Assembly: GCA_951406725.2 (NCBI GenBank)
Contig: OX597827.1
Span: 21,638,001 to 21,702,000 of the forward strand
Length of the DNA stretch: 64,000 nt
Direction of reading: 5' to 3'
Origin: Octopus vulgaris
Lineage: Eukaryota
Positions 37,671 through 51,854 of this stretch are shown here, one piece after another. The notes below the pieces were generated by a model. The model was not told the origin of the DNA. It saw only the letters and a program-made list of their open reading frames with translations, and made no database searches. The translations under genes and the position numbers were made by a program. How positions within the stretch are numbered: position 1 is the stretch's first letter; each line of letters starts with the position of its first letter.

Positions 37671-40249
37671 TCTGGCAATATAAGGTTCTCCCCCTCTACA
37701 GCAACACTGAGCTCTGGGAGTGCTATACTTTGGGTCCCCCACCTGTTAGTGACTTCTTCCCCTCATGCACTATGCCCTCTTGTTCTCTCTCGCCATTTTC
37801 TGTCTTGCAGCTCCTTCTGATCATTTTCTCTCCCTTTTAACTATTATTTTTGAGTAACCATGCAGATCCCTCTGTAGGAACCTGCTCTACCCTAACGCTC
37901 TTCTAGTGATTCCTTCATCTCCTAGCATGATGCTGACCCATCCCAGGGATTGTCATCCTGTGAACTGTATAGTAACCTCAATAGTGCAGGTGGCACGTAA
38001 AAAAAAGCCCCCAGTCCACATTCTGTAAAATGGCTGGCATTAGGGAGGGCATCCAGCCATAAAAACCATGCCAAACAGACAAGAGAGCTCGATGCAGTCC
38101 TTGGATACATCGGATCCTGTCAAACCATCCAGCACACACCAGCATGAAATGATGATGATGATGGGGATGATGATGACGACGACGACAATTATTACACTAA
38201 CTTTACTGTTATCTCATTAACGTAACTTCTATTTGAGGCTAACCTAGTTTCATATTCACCCCATGTCCTAATGGATAATTTCTATCCCAATCCCGATACA
38301 GTGGAAGCCACTTATTGTAATCACTTTGAGATGAATCCTTTCTCAATAATAATAATCTGATGATAACATTAAACAAGTCATAGCTTCAGGTCCACTAATT
38401 TTGATAACAATAGGTTGTTGGTAATGTTAACCGATATTATAATTAGCAGCTACTCCTGCACAGACTGAGAACTGTAAGCTGTTAGCCGCTGGTTGTTTAT
38501 CTACAGTGCAACAGTGTTGATTGGTGTCAATGACATTAAGTTTAATCTCTGAGAAAAGTCCCGAACTTTGCACATTGTTGGTGGCGCATTGCAAAAGCAC
38601 AAACATTGACACTTTATATTCAGCTACAGCAGCTTCTCATAAATCATTGTCTGACTGATAAATAAAATATTGGTCTCCAATTTTGACACAAGGCCAACAA
38701 TTTCAGGAAGTTGGGGGCGGGATATATTGATTAGATTACCCCAGTGTTTAACTGATATTTATTTTGTCAACCCTGAAAGGCAAAATTGTCCTTGGAGGAA
38801 TTTGAACTCAGAACTTAAAGACAGGCGAAATGGCACTAAGAATTTAGCTCAGTCTGCTAACAATTCTGTCAGCTCACCACCTTTAATAAATGATAAAATA
38901 TTAATGTCAAGATAGAGTTTTACAATATCTACCAATGTTGTAGATGTTTCTAAAGAGTCTACAAGCAAACAATTGGAAAAGGAAAACTTTGTAAATATTC
39001 CTCTAATGCCAGACAAAGAAGATGGAACCAGGAGGAAATTTGCCAAAGATTTCAGAGTTTACATGGAGTGAATGATAATGTTTTAAACACCTTCATCCTG
39101 AATTTAACTTAATCAGTGAAATGGGCAAAATGATGTGGAATCCTCTTTCAATCACTGTGGAACAATCCAACTATGACTCCCCAGCTGGTTTACCTATTGC
39201 TGATTCTGTTTGTTGTTTGGATAAATTTGAAAAATAACACAAAAATACACAACATAGGGTAAAAAAAATATGTAAAAGATTTTGTATAATTACAAAGGAA
39301 AAGGTTCATTGATTAATTAACCCTATTAAGGAGTTGATACTTTATTTTGTTGACCCCAGATGGATGAAGGGGAAGTTAACCTCAGCAAGATTTGAGCTCA
39401 TAATTGTAAGAGCTGGAAGAAAGGCCACAAAGAATCTTGTCTAACTCTCAAAAAATTCTGCCAATTTCCTGCCCTCTTATTGTCTCTAACATAGGAACAA
39501 AGACAGCATTTTGGAGTGGTTTAAAATTATGCTTTCTTAGTTGGAATTTATCAAGAAAGCTAGAATACAACTTTAAGAAATGGCCATCTATTTCAAAACC
39601 AGTTCAATTGTAGACAGTACCAACGAAAGACTAGTTTTTATATATTTACAACAAATCTGTGTTGTATTGTCCATGCCTTTCCAAATCAAACTCACAAACA
39701 GGTTTGAACTTATCACTACCAGCCACTAAAACACTCAGCAATTATATAATGATCCCATTAGTGTCAGTAGTAAACTGTACTCTTCGCGCTATCTTTTTCC
39801 ATCAAGATTAAATAGGTTATACTGAGTTAAGTGCCTTGGCCTTCATTTAGTAAAGTTTTGGTGAAGGGAAATGTACTATTGACACTTCTACTGATAAAAT
39901 GACTTTTTATTCATCTAACCCTTTGTGTCACTCCTACACTATTTTTAGATGTACTTTTATGAATTATGTACTCTAATAAGCAGTATGCTTTTGTACTCTA
40001 AATAGAGTGTACTTGTTTATACAATGTACAGATACAATGGCCTCAACAGTTCTAGTCTTGGATGGTAACCAGTTATCAATAAGACCGCCAAGGTACCATT
40101 TAAAGATGAGAGAAAGAAATGTTCACCTCTGGTCAGGTACTGACCCCAGTAAAATGCAATTAGGATTCACAACAGAGTCCGAAAGCCATATATCTGTGAC
40201 ATTATTACTGACACTACTGCCATACATCTTTACATTCGAAAATTGTCTT

Positions 40250-40472
40250 CATCCTTTCATTACCAACCTGGCTGAAACCGGCCCTGGTTCTGAGTACAAA
40301 TGTCTTCTTTTCATAAGTTTTGAATCAAAATCTTCCACCAAATTTTAGTCACAATTTACGTTCCTAACACTAGCTGAACGATAAAGTTATTTTACTGTAT
40401 TCTTTGTTATATTTAAAGTAATTGAAAGAAATACAGAGCATCTCAAGATAAATACAGTAGCGAAAGGTTTAA
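40250..40472. mobile_element. Degenerate piggyBac-type (TTAA) MITE; a similar-class family occurs at 54011-54235 and 56635-56855
   Basis: Ends CCTTTCATTAC and GTAGCGAAAGGTTTAA. The 54011 copy begins TTAACCCTTT. Confidence 0.5.
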
Positions 40473-41098
40473 GGAAGCAGGGACATATAGGATAACATCA
40501 TTACCACCATCATCATCACTTTCCCTGCTGGCATCGGTTGGATAGTTTGCCATGGAACTGACCCGACTCCAGTTGTCTGTTACGGCATGCTTTCTATGGC
40601 TGGATGCCCTTCCTAATGCCAACCACGTGCTGGGTGCTTTTCAACATGCCACCAGCACAGGTGCATTTATACAACACTGGTACAGGTGTGTTTATGTAGC
40701 AATGGCACAGGTGCTTTCTATGTGGCACTGGTTACCTGAAACAACAAGCCTGTATGTGTAGAAGACTGCGATTTTACATAGCTTGATGCATCTTATCAAG
40801 TACAGCAAATTGCCATGTCTCCTGGTCCCTGGTCATTTTCTCGGTCATGACTGGAAAGTTTTTGACCCTCGGTCAGCTGGATCTGAGCTGCAGCTAAAGC
40901 TGTTCATAGTAAATCTCTTTCTCTTAAACATTTCTAATACAGACACAAGGCCATATGTTTGGGGGAATGGTAGAGGAACAAAAGTCTCAAACAGCCTCAG
41001 AAAAATACCTTAGACTGCCTGGAATTTGATCACCATTATCAAAATATCATACAGGAATTCATAAAATAATAGAGTAAAACACAAGATTATATATGATA

Positions 41099-41592
41099 CT
41101 AGACTACCCGTGACCCGTTGGGTCACCTGGAAAGTCTGAGTTTCTCAGCAACAGAGTTTTGTTTCATGGGTTTTTTTTCCTTTTCCAGGTTATTTCACAT
41201 GCTTTCAACGAATGTGACATCAAAATCACACATAAACAGCTTCTTTCTCAAGAAAAGGAAAGATTTAGCTGCTATTTCTTGCATGCCCTGCAACCATGTA
41301 ACAGGTATTTCAGCTCCTTTATCACAAATACCTGTTACATGATAGCAGGGCGTGCTAGAAATAGCAGCCAAATCTTTAAAGCTGAGATACGTTGAATGCA
41401 CTCGAAAAAATCTTTAAGCAATTGTATTCCCTTGGGGTGATCTTTCGCTTTGACTCTCAGAACTGTCATCTGAATCAGCTGGTTTTGTTCGTTAATTTCC
41501 ATAAAAATCTTTTATTTATTTACTTTTATTTTAAAGTGAAAGAGAGTACCACTTACACATACATGAGAACACACACATTCACTCACTCACTC

Positions 41593-41638
<46 letters not shown>

Positions 41639-42252
41639 CCATTTCATATACACGTACATACATCTTTCACTTTAAAACAAACGTAAATAAATGAAAAATT
41701 TTAACAGAAATTAATGAACTCCAGATGACAAGCAAAAGATTGCCTTTCACTTCAAAATAATTTAGAAGACAACATTAAAATATTGTCTGTTTAAAGAAAG
41801 CTAAAATATAAATACTTACTGTACAAACAACTTATATTTTTGAAATTACATTCAGTTAAAAATATTTCTAAATGATTAAGATATTGTGTACATCAAGAAG
41901 TTTTTTTTTTTCTTAGAGAGCATGAAGACTATGTGTGTGTATATGTCACAGATAGCAGACGTGTGTTTGTGTTGATTGACTAGCTATGACATTCATTATA
42001 TGTGTGCGTATTCTGTATGTCTGTATGTGTGTTGACGTCACGGAAGCCATGTTTTTTTCTTTCATCAAGAAATAACAAGCAAAAATTGTATTTAATCATT
42101 TTTATTAATAAATAGAGGTCCAGTTACCACAAAAATTTGTACTGCACTGCTGGAAGTTAGTATGAAAATAAATTTGAAAAAATAATTAAGATAAAATATA
42201 CTATTTCTGAGATTATTCAGGTACACACAAACATATCTTAGTATTATTAAGA
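41099..42252 (-). mobile_element. Probable non-autonomous Helitron with internal inverted repeats
   Basis: Minus-strand 3' end is the hairpin GTGACCCAACGGGTCAC followed by CTAG|T. Candidate 5' end TCTTAATAATAC. Internal fold-backs at 41260-41378 and 41440-41750. Confidence 0.5.
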
Positions 42253-43419
42253 CGAATTTCTCATGATTTATTTATGGGAAAAGGTAATTTTCTTTTATCT
42301 ATACAACTCCTTGTATGGAAACATATAATATCAAAATCTTTTAATTCTATGTATGGAAACATATAATATCTTAAAGTACTGAATCATAACTGAGGAAATA
42401 TTAGCTAATACAATTACTTTGGTCCAACTGACCCTTTGCACTACTTCACTGTATTAGCATGGCTTAAATAATTATATTGTTTGAGGTTTTGTTTTACATG
42501 AGGATGCTCTTCCTGTCACTACACCTTAATTGTTTTTCAAGTAAAGGATCCCTTATTGCATGTATTTCAAGACACAAAGCCAGCAGATACTTGATTGACA
42601 GGGAAAGTGCTAACAACACTGCTCATGACGAACAGCTTTATGGATTATAATTGTAAACAAGCACACAACCAAACACATGTACACACACACACACATGTGC
42701 TTACACACACACACAAATACATATACATACACACAAACATACAGTCATACATACACACAAACATACAGTCATACATACACACAAACATACAGTCACACAT
42801 ACATGTGAGTGTGTATGTGTGTTAAAGTGTACAATATTATATATCCATTGCAGTCAATCTTACCAATCAGTTTCACACTGGTTATTAAAACCAGATGTTA
42901 GATAACTGCACAGTTAAGTAGTACCATGTATTCTTCAGAGATAACAGATATGGAAAAGCATACTGTTCTCTGTTATTGGAGATGAAAAATCTTGCATCTG
43001 GTGTATATGGGTGCTGTGAAAATTAATGAAAGAAAATAATGGAGGTGAACTGAGCAAGGGTTTTTATCAATAGTTGTGTCCTCTGAGATGCTGTAAGGCA
43101 GCAAGAGTTTTCCGAAAATATGTGCAGGGGTTAGGAGTTGGTATTTCTATATGGTTGGAATGTGTGTTGGGCTTTTTTGTGGAGGTGCTGTACTGGTATC
43201 AGAATCTTTAAGCCTATGTTTGGATGCATATGTGTATGTGTTGGTTAAACTTTGCTGGGTTCTCAGGCTATGATGGTGGGAAGGCCAAGGGTGGAGAATC
43301 TACAGATTACAGTCATGATAGGGCTCATAGATATGATAGTATATATCTTCTTTCATATGGGCAAGGGCTAAAAATTTCATTTCTGCAGCTTAGGTAGATG
43401 TCAAGGGGCTGCGGATTTT

Positions 43420-43655
43420 TTAATATGATTCTTTTCTCAGATAAACATAATCTGCATTTTCTTCTGCTTATTAAAATAAGCCTTGCACTTATCTAAGACT
43501 TTTCAGTTTATGTTGTACTCTGTGGTACTTTCCTTTATTGACCATACAAATCTAGCCAGATCTGTAACATTTCATCTCCCATGGATATTGAAGGAGGACT
43601 TATAGTTATTGAAGCTAGTTCTGAAAGGACTGACCATTGCTCCCACATATTTGGC
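43420..43655 (-). pseudogene. Penelope-like element GIY-YIG endonuclease remnant
   Basis: YVGAMVSPFRTSFNNYKSSFN...TDLARFVWSIKE...YNIN*KVLDKCKAY...CRLCLSEKRII, matching the PLE endonuclease C-terminal pattern. Confidence 0.75.
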
Positions 43656-44027
43656 TGCCTCTTTGGGCAATGTAACAAGGGAACAGTCGATTATGAGATG
43701 GGAGAGTCAAAGGTAAAGAACATGCTGATTATAGTCTAATGAAAAAAAATGAACCCTGTTTATATTCAAGATAGTTACAGAACTGTTAAATATTTCATTG
43801 AAGAATCAACTACTACAAAGAAGAATTGGAAATATAAAATCGTTTAATGAAGAATTCCATCTTGATAATGATACCAAAAACAAATCTAAATATGAAGTGA
43901 ATTGTAGAAACCTTATGGAAGATATAAACCATTGTCTAATTTTAGAAGTTTGAAGACAAAGTTAGACAAACATAGAAAAGGATGCTGTTATATTTTTCTA
44001 TATTTAAAAGATACCATTGTCATCCTT

Positions 44028-44071
<44 letters not shown>

Positions 44072-44905
44072 TATTATCATCATCATCATCATTCAACTCC
44101 AATTTTCCATGCTTGCATGCTTCACACAGAATTTATTGAGGCAGATTTTCTGTGGCTGAATGCGATTCCTGCCACCAAGCCATAACTGTTTCTAAGCAAG
44201 GTACTATATCTCATGGCCAAACATGTTTACATGGAAGAGTACAAAGGAAGGACATTGCTTGTATAATGGAGACACTAAAAGACAAGATATACACACTCAC
44301 AGACACACCATCATCATCATCATCATCATCATCATCATTGCTCTCATCATCCCTTTTGTTTTAACAACTGTCCATACTGGAATTGGTTACATTCCTTTAA
44401 AACCTGTGAAACCTAACAGTCCAGCATATAAGATCCCAGCTTCTAACCATTTCTTCTTCTGCCACAGACATCTTCTCCTCTACAGTTCTTTTATTTATTT
44501 TCCTCCACTTATAAGTCATTAATATCCACTGTCCACTCACACTACCTCCACCACCCCCTCCTCGACACATTCACACAGCTCTATGTCCCCCTCAAGCCAC
44601 TTTCTAATCCTCCTTGCACTCACCCTTTCAGTCAAACGTCCACTGTACCACCACCACCAAATCACATCGATCTGATTGATTGTTTAACCAACACATTAAA
44701 CAAATGACCAATCAGTCAATTGGTCAGATATTTACCCAATTAACTAAAAATAAAGAAAGGATATTGAACCGGTGTGTGTGTTATTGCTATTATTGGCGTA
44801 ATGACACTCCCAAGAAATGGCAAGGTTTGTTTCAACATGAGAATTCACAAGAATCTTACAAACTAAATACAGAAACAAAGTAAAATATAATATGCATCAC
44901 GAAGT

Positions 44906-44956
44906 TTTGTCAGTGAACAGGTCACAGTCTCAAAGCGACGAAAATATTTTGACAAA
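44906..44956 (+). ncRNA. Hammerhead-like motif with G3-C8 swapped core (copy 2)
   Basis: TTTGTCA-GTGAACA-G-GTCAC-AGTCTCAAA-GCGAC-GAAA-ATAT-TT-TGACAAA. Stem I is a perfect 7 bp. Confidence 0.6.
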
Positions 44957-45534
44957 TTAAATTTAAATGTTGAAGTGAATCTAACGGTTTTTGTGTGTTT
45001 CTTAAATGGCTTATAAACACCTTCCACACTGCAATTGTTTTCGTTCCAGCACACGATCACAGATCAGGTCACTCGCTATGCAAGTACATCACTGTAAAAA
45101 ATATAATATCTTAGTCAGAAAACAAATTCTTCTGAGAGCCGTCTTCTGTCTTCAAGCAATGAAATAATATTTTGAGTCTCCTCTGGCGGCAAAATGTCAT
45201 GTTAAAGTCTACGAGGCTTCAACAGATAAGTTATAATGAACGAATAAAGAAATCATTTAATTTTGTCTTCTACCCCTATGGTAATTCACTCACAATTGAT
45301 ATTAATATGGTCTTTTATTTTTCTGCCTGCTTCTGTCACTGGACTGTGGCCATGCTGGGGCACCACTTTGAGTAGATTAGTTGAACAAACAAAAAAAGAA
45401 CATTACATTTTCTTATTTTAATCTGGTGCTTGTTCTATTGGATTTTTTTTGCCCAACCACTTAGTCATGGAAACATGAACAAACCAGCACTGGTTATCAT
45501 GCAGTGGGGGAGGGGACAAACAGAAACACACATG

Positions 45535-45580
<46 letters not shown>

Positions 45581-45588
45581 CATACATG

Positions 45589-45634
<46 letters not shown>

Positions 45635-46383
45635 TACATGCATACATACATATATATACACATACATACATACATACATACATACATGCATGCATGCATA
45701 CACACATGCATACACGAAGCATGGAATAAACTACCTGTATAGTTGTCAGTTGTTGGGACACTACGTCCTTCAAAATTTCCATATTTTCTGAAATTCACAA
45801 CCGTACACTCGATATACCCCCACCACCACCACGACCACCTTTTTCCCTAAACGATTCTTTCACTGTTCCCTTTCTGTGTATCATTTTATGTACAGTTCAT
45901 GCAATTTTGGCTACTTTTTCTGAGGAGTTGCCATGCACGTGAGCACTAAATAAGCTCATTATTACTATTACTATTACTATTATTAGTATAATGTAATAAA
46001 TGACAGGCGTCTACACAATTACCATCTATGAAATCCATTCAGAAGGCATTGGTTAGCTGAAAGCTAAAAAGAGAAGACACTTGCCCAAAGTGCTGTGCTG
46101 TAGGACTGAACTGGAAAGCATCTTGTTACAAAATGAACTCTTTAACCACACGGCCACTTCTTTTCCAACAAAGTCTTCAACTTCTAATCCACTTTTTGGG
46201 GAAGTCAGAATGGAAATGTTTAATTTTAAAGATTAAAGACAAAAAAATAATCAATTTGTTGTAATTATTCTTGAAGATATAGAAAATAATTAATGACATT
46301 GTAATCAACGAAAATAATAATTAATGAGTTGGAAACGTGTGGCCTTGGCAATAAAATCTGACCTCTAAATGAATTTCACTTAC

Positions 46384-46600
46384 CTGACATCGGAGGAAAA
46401 AAAGCTTTTCAAGGAGAAGCGGCCGAGGAGAGAATTTTCCCTGTCTCTTTTCAGTCATTGTAACGTTAACATGACAAATGAGACAATTAAAGAGCAGGGG
46501 GTGGGGGAAGGGCCGGCGGCGACTGAAACCAAATGTCAATGCCTGATAGCAGATCTTGTTATCTCTCAGCTTAGAGTACAACACCGAAACAAAAACCAGA
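46384..46600 (-). other. Candidate first or 5' exon of a minus-strand transcript
   Basis: Locally GC- and CpG-rich, apparently unique sequence (GGCCGGCGGCG, GCGGCCG) ending in a perfect donor CAG|GTAAGT at 46384/46383. Confidence 0.35.
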
Positions 46601-46698
46601 AAAAAAAAAAAAACTGTATTATTAGCTGTCCTTAAAATATATTCATTGAAATTCACTGACATCTATTTGTTCATTACTGGCTGAAACAACTTCAATAT

Positions 46699-46821
<123 letters not shown>

Positions 46822-47000
46822 TGCTTTGTTTTGTTTATATGAAAGCATAACATAAAAATTTCAGCTTGCAACCTCCTGATTCAGGGTGCAACTACACTGT
46901 ACTGCAACCGGGGTTGTGCAACCTACTGCAGCATGGGCAAGTGTCTTCTGTTGTAGCCTCAGATTGATCAGGAGCTTGTGAATAGAATGGTTAGAGTACA

Positions 47001-47035
<35 letters not shown>

Positions 47036-47195
47036 TCTGCCCAGGTTGACTTTGCCTTTCATCATTTCGGGGTCGATAAATTAAGTACCAGTTGCTTACT
47101 GGGGTCGATCTAATTGACTGGTCCCCTCCCAAAAAATTTCGGGCTTTGTGCGTAGAGCAGAAAAGAATATACATGTGTGTATATGTTTATATGTG

Positions 47196-47234
<39 letters not shown>

Positions 47235-47704
47235 GGAGATAGACAGACAGACAGACAGAGAGGCAAACAGATAGAGAGACAGAGACGTTACCCACTTTCC
47301 TCTTACACCACACCTGCCTCTCTCCCTACATACTTTTGCAACCTACCCAACCACTTGCTCTCTCTCTCTCTCTCTCTCCCACCTCTTTCTCTCTTATCCC
47401 TCTGTCTACTCTATCATCATTACTGGTCACCCCCCACTCCTTATCTACCTCTCAACACTATCCAATCTCTACAGTTGTCACCTACTCTCCCCCACTTCCA
47501 CTACTCTTGTAATCTCCACCCATCTACACTCGAGGTTCTTCTCCCTTCATTCACATCTACTCACCTCATACCTTAAGACTGCACACAGCTACCCCATCAA
47601 GACTATTTTTATCTCTTCCGCCTTACTATTATCACCACCCCTTCTCTCTCTTTTAAGATATGAGTAGCCATGTCAACGTGGACCTGTCGATTCCTTTCAG
47701 CAGA

Positions 47705-47796
47705 CTCTGATGAAATTATATTCATGTCACATAAATGTAAATTTAATATGCAAATGTGTAATTCAATTATTGAGCATTAATTGAAACGGCTGTAAG
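47705..47796 (+). ncRNA. Degenerate type I hammerhead at the end of a CT-rich Penelope-like pLTR (47290-47830)
   Basis: CT-CTGATGA-AATTA...TAATT-GAAA-CGGCTG-TA-AG. Stem I has only 2 bp. Confidence 0.45.
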
Positions 47797-48428
47797 AAGC
47801 GAAGATGACCAATTTGTTAATAATAAACAATTGTTAACTTCCTTATCTCCATTTCCTTTTCTTCTTTTAACTGGATATAAACTTTATATGGTGGTGGAAG
47901 AAGGGGTAAGTGTTGGCGAATCAAGTGGTAAATCGAAAGAGGGAGAGAGACAGTAAGGCAGAGAGGGACGGGGCCAGAGTTAGGGTGGTCAGGCATAGAA
48001 CATAAGAGAGAAAAATACTCTTTGGGATTTTGGGTCTCATAACTTAATGAAACAGCAAATGCCGATAATAGTGAAATAGAATTGAAAAGTCTTAGAGTTT
48101 TCGGTCAGCCAATCTGTGACAAAATTAGAGAAAAAGTGACAATGTGAAAAACTTGAATAGATGAATATGTGACGATTAACAGATACGCATGAACTTCAGA
48201 CAACAACAAAGGAGATGAAACTATTAAAACTATGTTTACATGGTATAATGATAAATAATCAACTTCGTTATCTTCATTTCTTTTCTTCTTTTAATTGGAT
48301 ATAAACTATATGCTTAATATTTATTTATTGTTTTAAGGGAATTTCATTCCGCAACAAGACTAGGTATTGAACCAGTATTTCCTTGCATGCAGCCATCCCT
48401 TCACGAGGTTAACATACCCTTGAATTAA

Positions 48429-48465
<37 letters not shown>

Positions 48466-49259
48466 TTTGTTGATGTATACTGGAAAAGGAATTAAACATT
48501 GGCACGAAAACTGAAAACCTTAAATCTTGGAATGAAATCCTTTGTAATGTTTGTTCTACACTGAGTTATAGATACTGCCTTCCCACACTCACATAATGAA
48601 AGACAGTGAACCAGTGATTGGCTCATTGCAAATCTGTAACCAACAATATGGTTCTTTCCAAATGACTACATGAATTAAAATCGTAAAAAAGAAAATGATT
48701 AAAATAGAAGCATAAGTCCAAAAATGGTTTTGATTTATTAGAATATCAAATATAAGACATTCTTCCTTCCACCATAATTGTGAGAATTGATCAGTTAGTG
48801 TTGGTCTCTGACCACAGTAAAAATAGATGCTGAATCACTATGAAATGCACACAACCACCAGTCAGGTTAGGGAATGCTGCAACCTGACTCACTGTATTTA
48901 ATACCTATTTGTCTATAACAAGAAAAAACAGTGAATGGTGCTCTTACAGGTTTGAATATGCGCCAAGCATAACAGACTGATGGAACATAAAAAGCACCAT
49001 TTGAGCATGGCCGGTGCCAGTGTCGCCTGACTGGTTCCCATGCCAGTGGCATGTATGTAAAAAGCACCCACTTCATTTAGAGTGGTTGGCATTAGGAAGG
49101 GCATCCAGTTGTAGAAACACTGCCAGATCAGATTGGGGCCTGGTGCAGCTTCCTGGCTTGCTAGTCCTCAGTCAAACCGTCCAACCCATGCAAGCATAGA
49201 CAACAGATGTTAAACGATGATGATGATGAACAAATTTGTATTTATGCACATCACTACTT

Positions 49260-50092
49260 AGTGGGTCTCTCTCTCAGAGTGGAAGGCAGATTGTTTGATG
49301 CCTGTGTGCAAACAGCTATGCTGCATGGCAGTAAGACATTGGCTGTGACAGCTGAGGACATGCATAGGCTTGGGAGAAATGAAGCCAGTATGCTTTGCTG
49401 GATGCACAATGTTGGTGTGCATATTTGACAGAGTGTAAGTATCTTGAGAGAAAAGTTAGGCATAAGAGGAATCAGATGTGGTATGCAAGAGAGGCGACTG
49501 TGCTGGTATGGTCATATGATGCATATGGATGAGGGCAGTTGTGTAAAGAGCTAGTCTCTTACTGTGGAGGGAACCTGTGGTAGTGGTAGACACAGGAAGA
49601 CATGGGATGAGGCAGTGAAGCATGACCTTTGAACTTTGAACCTCACTGAGGCAATGACTTGTGACCGAGACCTTTGGCGATGTTCTGTGCTTGAGAAAAC
49701 CTGTCAAGCCAAGTGCACCTGTGCTGGTGGCATGTAAAGGAAAAAATCAACCTTTGAATGTTGGGTCTCGTGGAGGCAGAGTGACCGAGTTCCTTTCGAG
49801 AGTTGGGTCTCACAGAAGTAATGGCTGAGACCTTTGGTATTATGTCATGCTTGAGAAGAAGACCCACCAAGCCAAGTAAAATTGCAGTCGCGATGGATAC
49901 TGGTGTCACACAAATGACACCCATGCTGGTGGCACGTAAAAACACCCATTACACTCTCGTAGTGGTGGGTGTTAGGAAGGGCATCCAGCCTTAGAAAACC
50001 ATGCCAAATCAGACTGGAGCCTAGAGCAGCCTTCCAGCGTACCAGCCCATGCCAGCATGGACAACAGACGTTAAATGATGATGATGATGATG

Positions 50093-50095
<3 letters not shown>
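49260..50095 (+). mobile_element. RTE LINE 3' portion with UTR and (GAT)n tail
   Basis: GLSLRVEGRLFDACVQTAMLHGSKT..., RLCWYGHMMHMDE and GRHRKTWDEAVKHDL, then the shared SINE tail. Confidence 0.85.
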
Positions 50096-50123
<28 letters not shown>

Positions 50124-50507
50124 TATTATAATTTCATATGCACACATACACACACATAGTATTGGGGATAGGAAGGACATCCAATTGTTGAAAATTTGTC
50201 TCGACAAATTCTGCTTGACCCATGGAAACATAAAAAAATAGATGTTAAAGCAGAATGATGAGGATGATGATTATGATGTGTGTGTGTAAATATAGATAGA
50301 TAGGTATACACATACACATGCATATCATACATATATATATATATATTTAAATTTATATATATACATATTTATATATATGTATCATCATTTAATGACCATT
50401 GTCATATATATATATATATATATATATTCACACACACACACACACACATACACACACACACACACACATATATATATTTACACACATATACATATATACA
50501 TATAGAT

Positions 50508-50538
<31 letters not shown>

Positions 50539-50539
<1 letters not shown>

Positions 50540-50605
50540 GTGTGTGTGTGTATGGACAATGGGTATTAAATGATGATGCATATATACAGATATGTATATA
50601 TGTGA

Positions 50606-50637
<32 letters not shown>

Positions 50638-50715
50638 GTATACACACACACTCACATATATACATATCTATATATATGCATCATCATTTAATACCCATTG
50701 TCCATACACACACAC
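50539..50715. repeat. Near-perfect palindrome centred on (TA)n
   Basis: TATGGACAATGGGTATTAAATGATGATGCATATATA is mirrored by TATATATGCATCATCATTTAATACCCATTGTCCATA. Confidence 0.85.
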
Positions 50716-51100
50716 ACACACACATCACACAGACATCACACATCCAGTCCTCTTTGGACAACTCAAGCAGCAATCAAAGCATTTTGTTCTTTTTATATTA
50801 AATCAGAATTTATGTCTTAGGTTTTTATCTTTAAGATTTTATCTGTTACCATAGGTTAAGGGGCCATGCCTCTTATCAAACTCTTATCAAATCTCGTCTT
50901 CTCAGTCACAGCCATATAGCAAGCAGCACTGGTTGGCTTGCTAAATATCTGCTCCAGCTGACCTGCAGACAGTGACCAATAGACCACTCTAGAGGGATCT
51001 CTCCCAGCTGTCCAGTAGAGTGATAGAAAAGTGCCTGAGATAATCAGACTTGGTCTGCCAGACAATTATACTTTATCTCACGTGCGTGTCCATAAATATG

Positions 51101-51131
<31 letters not shown>

Positions 51132-51188
51132 ATAGATAGATAGAGAGAGAGAGGGAGATGTAAACTTATGTTCCATATACATTTAGTC

Positions 51189-51244
<56 letters not shown>

Positions 51245-51729
51245 CAAGTGAAAAGCAGCCAGATAGATAGACAGACAGGACTTATGGCAAAGATTTAGCT
51301 GTTTGGTTCTGAAATTCAATTTCCAGTCTTGTGTTTCTGGATTCAGTCCCAGTGCAATGGTGCTCAACTACCTTAACTTAGCACCAATACTATATATATA
51401 TATATATATATATATTATATTATATTATATTGTATTGACCTGAAATCAATATACATATATGTATCCATATATGTATGTATGCATGGATGGCTGGATGGAT
51501 GTAGATATGTATGGATAAATGTGTGTGTGTGTATGTATATATGTATATATGTATGCACGTAAGTATGTATGTGCATGTGTGCATGTGCGTGTGTGTCTGT
51601 GGGTGTGTACTTAGAAACAGGTGAAGGTTAGCAACAGGAAGAGCATCAGGCTTTAGATCCATGGAAGCATGGAAATGACTTTAAAAACAAAACAATGATG
51701 ATCACACACACACACAAACATGCACCCTT

Positions 51730-51774
<45 letters not shown>

Positions 51775-51854
51775 TCTACATATATATAAATGTATGTATA
51801 TATAAATGTGTATGTATATATAAATGTGTGTGTATATATATATATATATATATA

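Noticed and set aside
38220-39210. Possible decayed Helitron or other transposase coding sequence
   Set aside because: Only vague resemblance, with many stops; cannot be assigned by eye.
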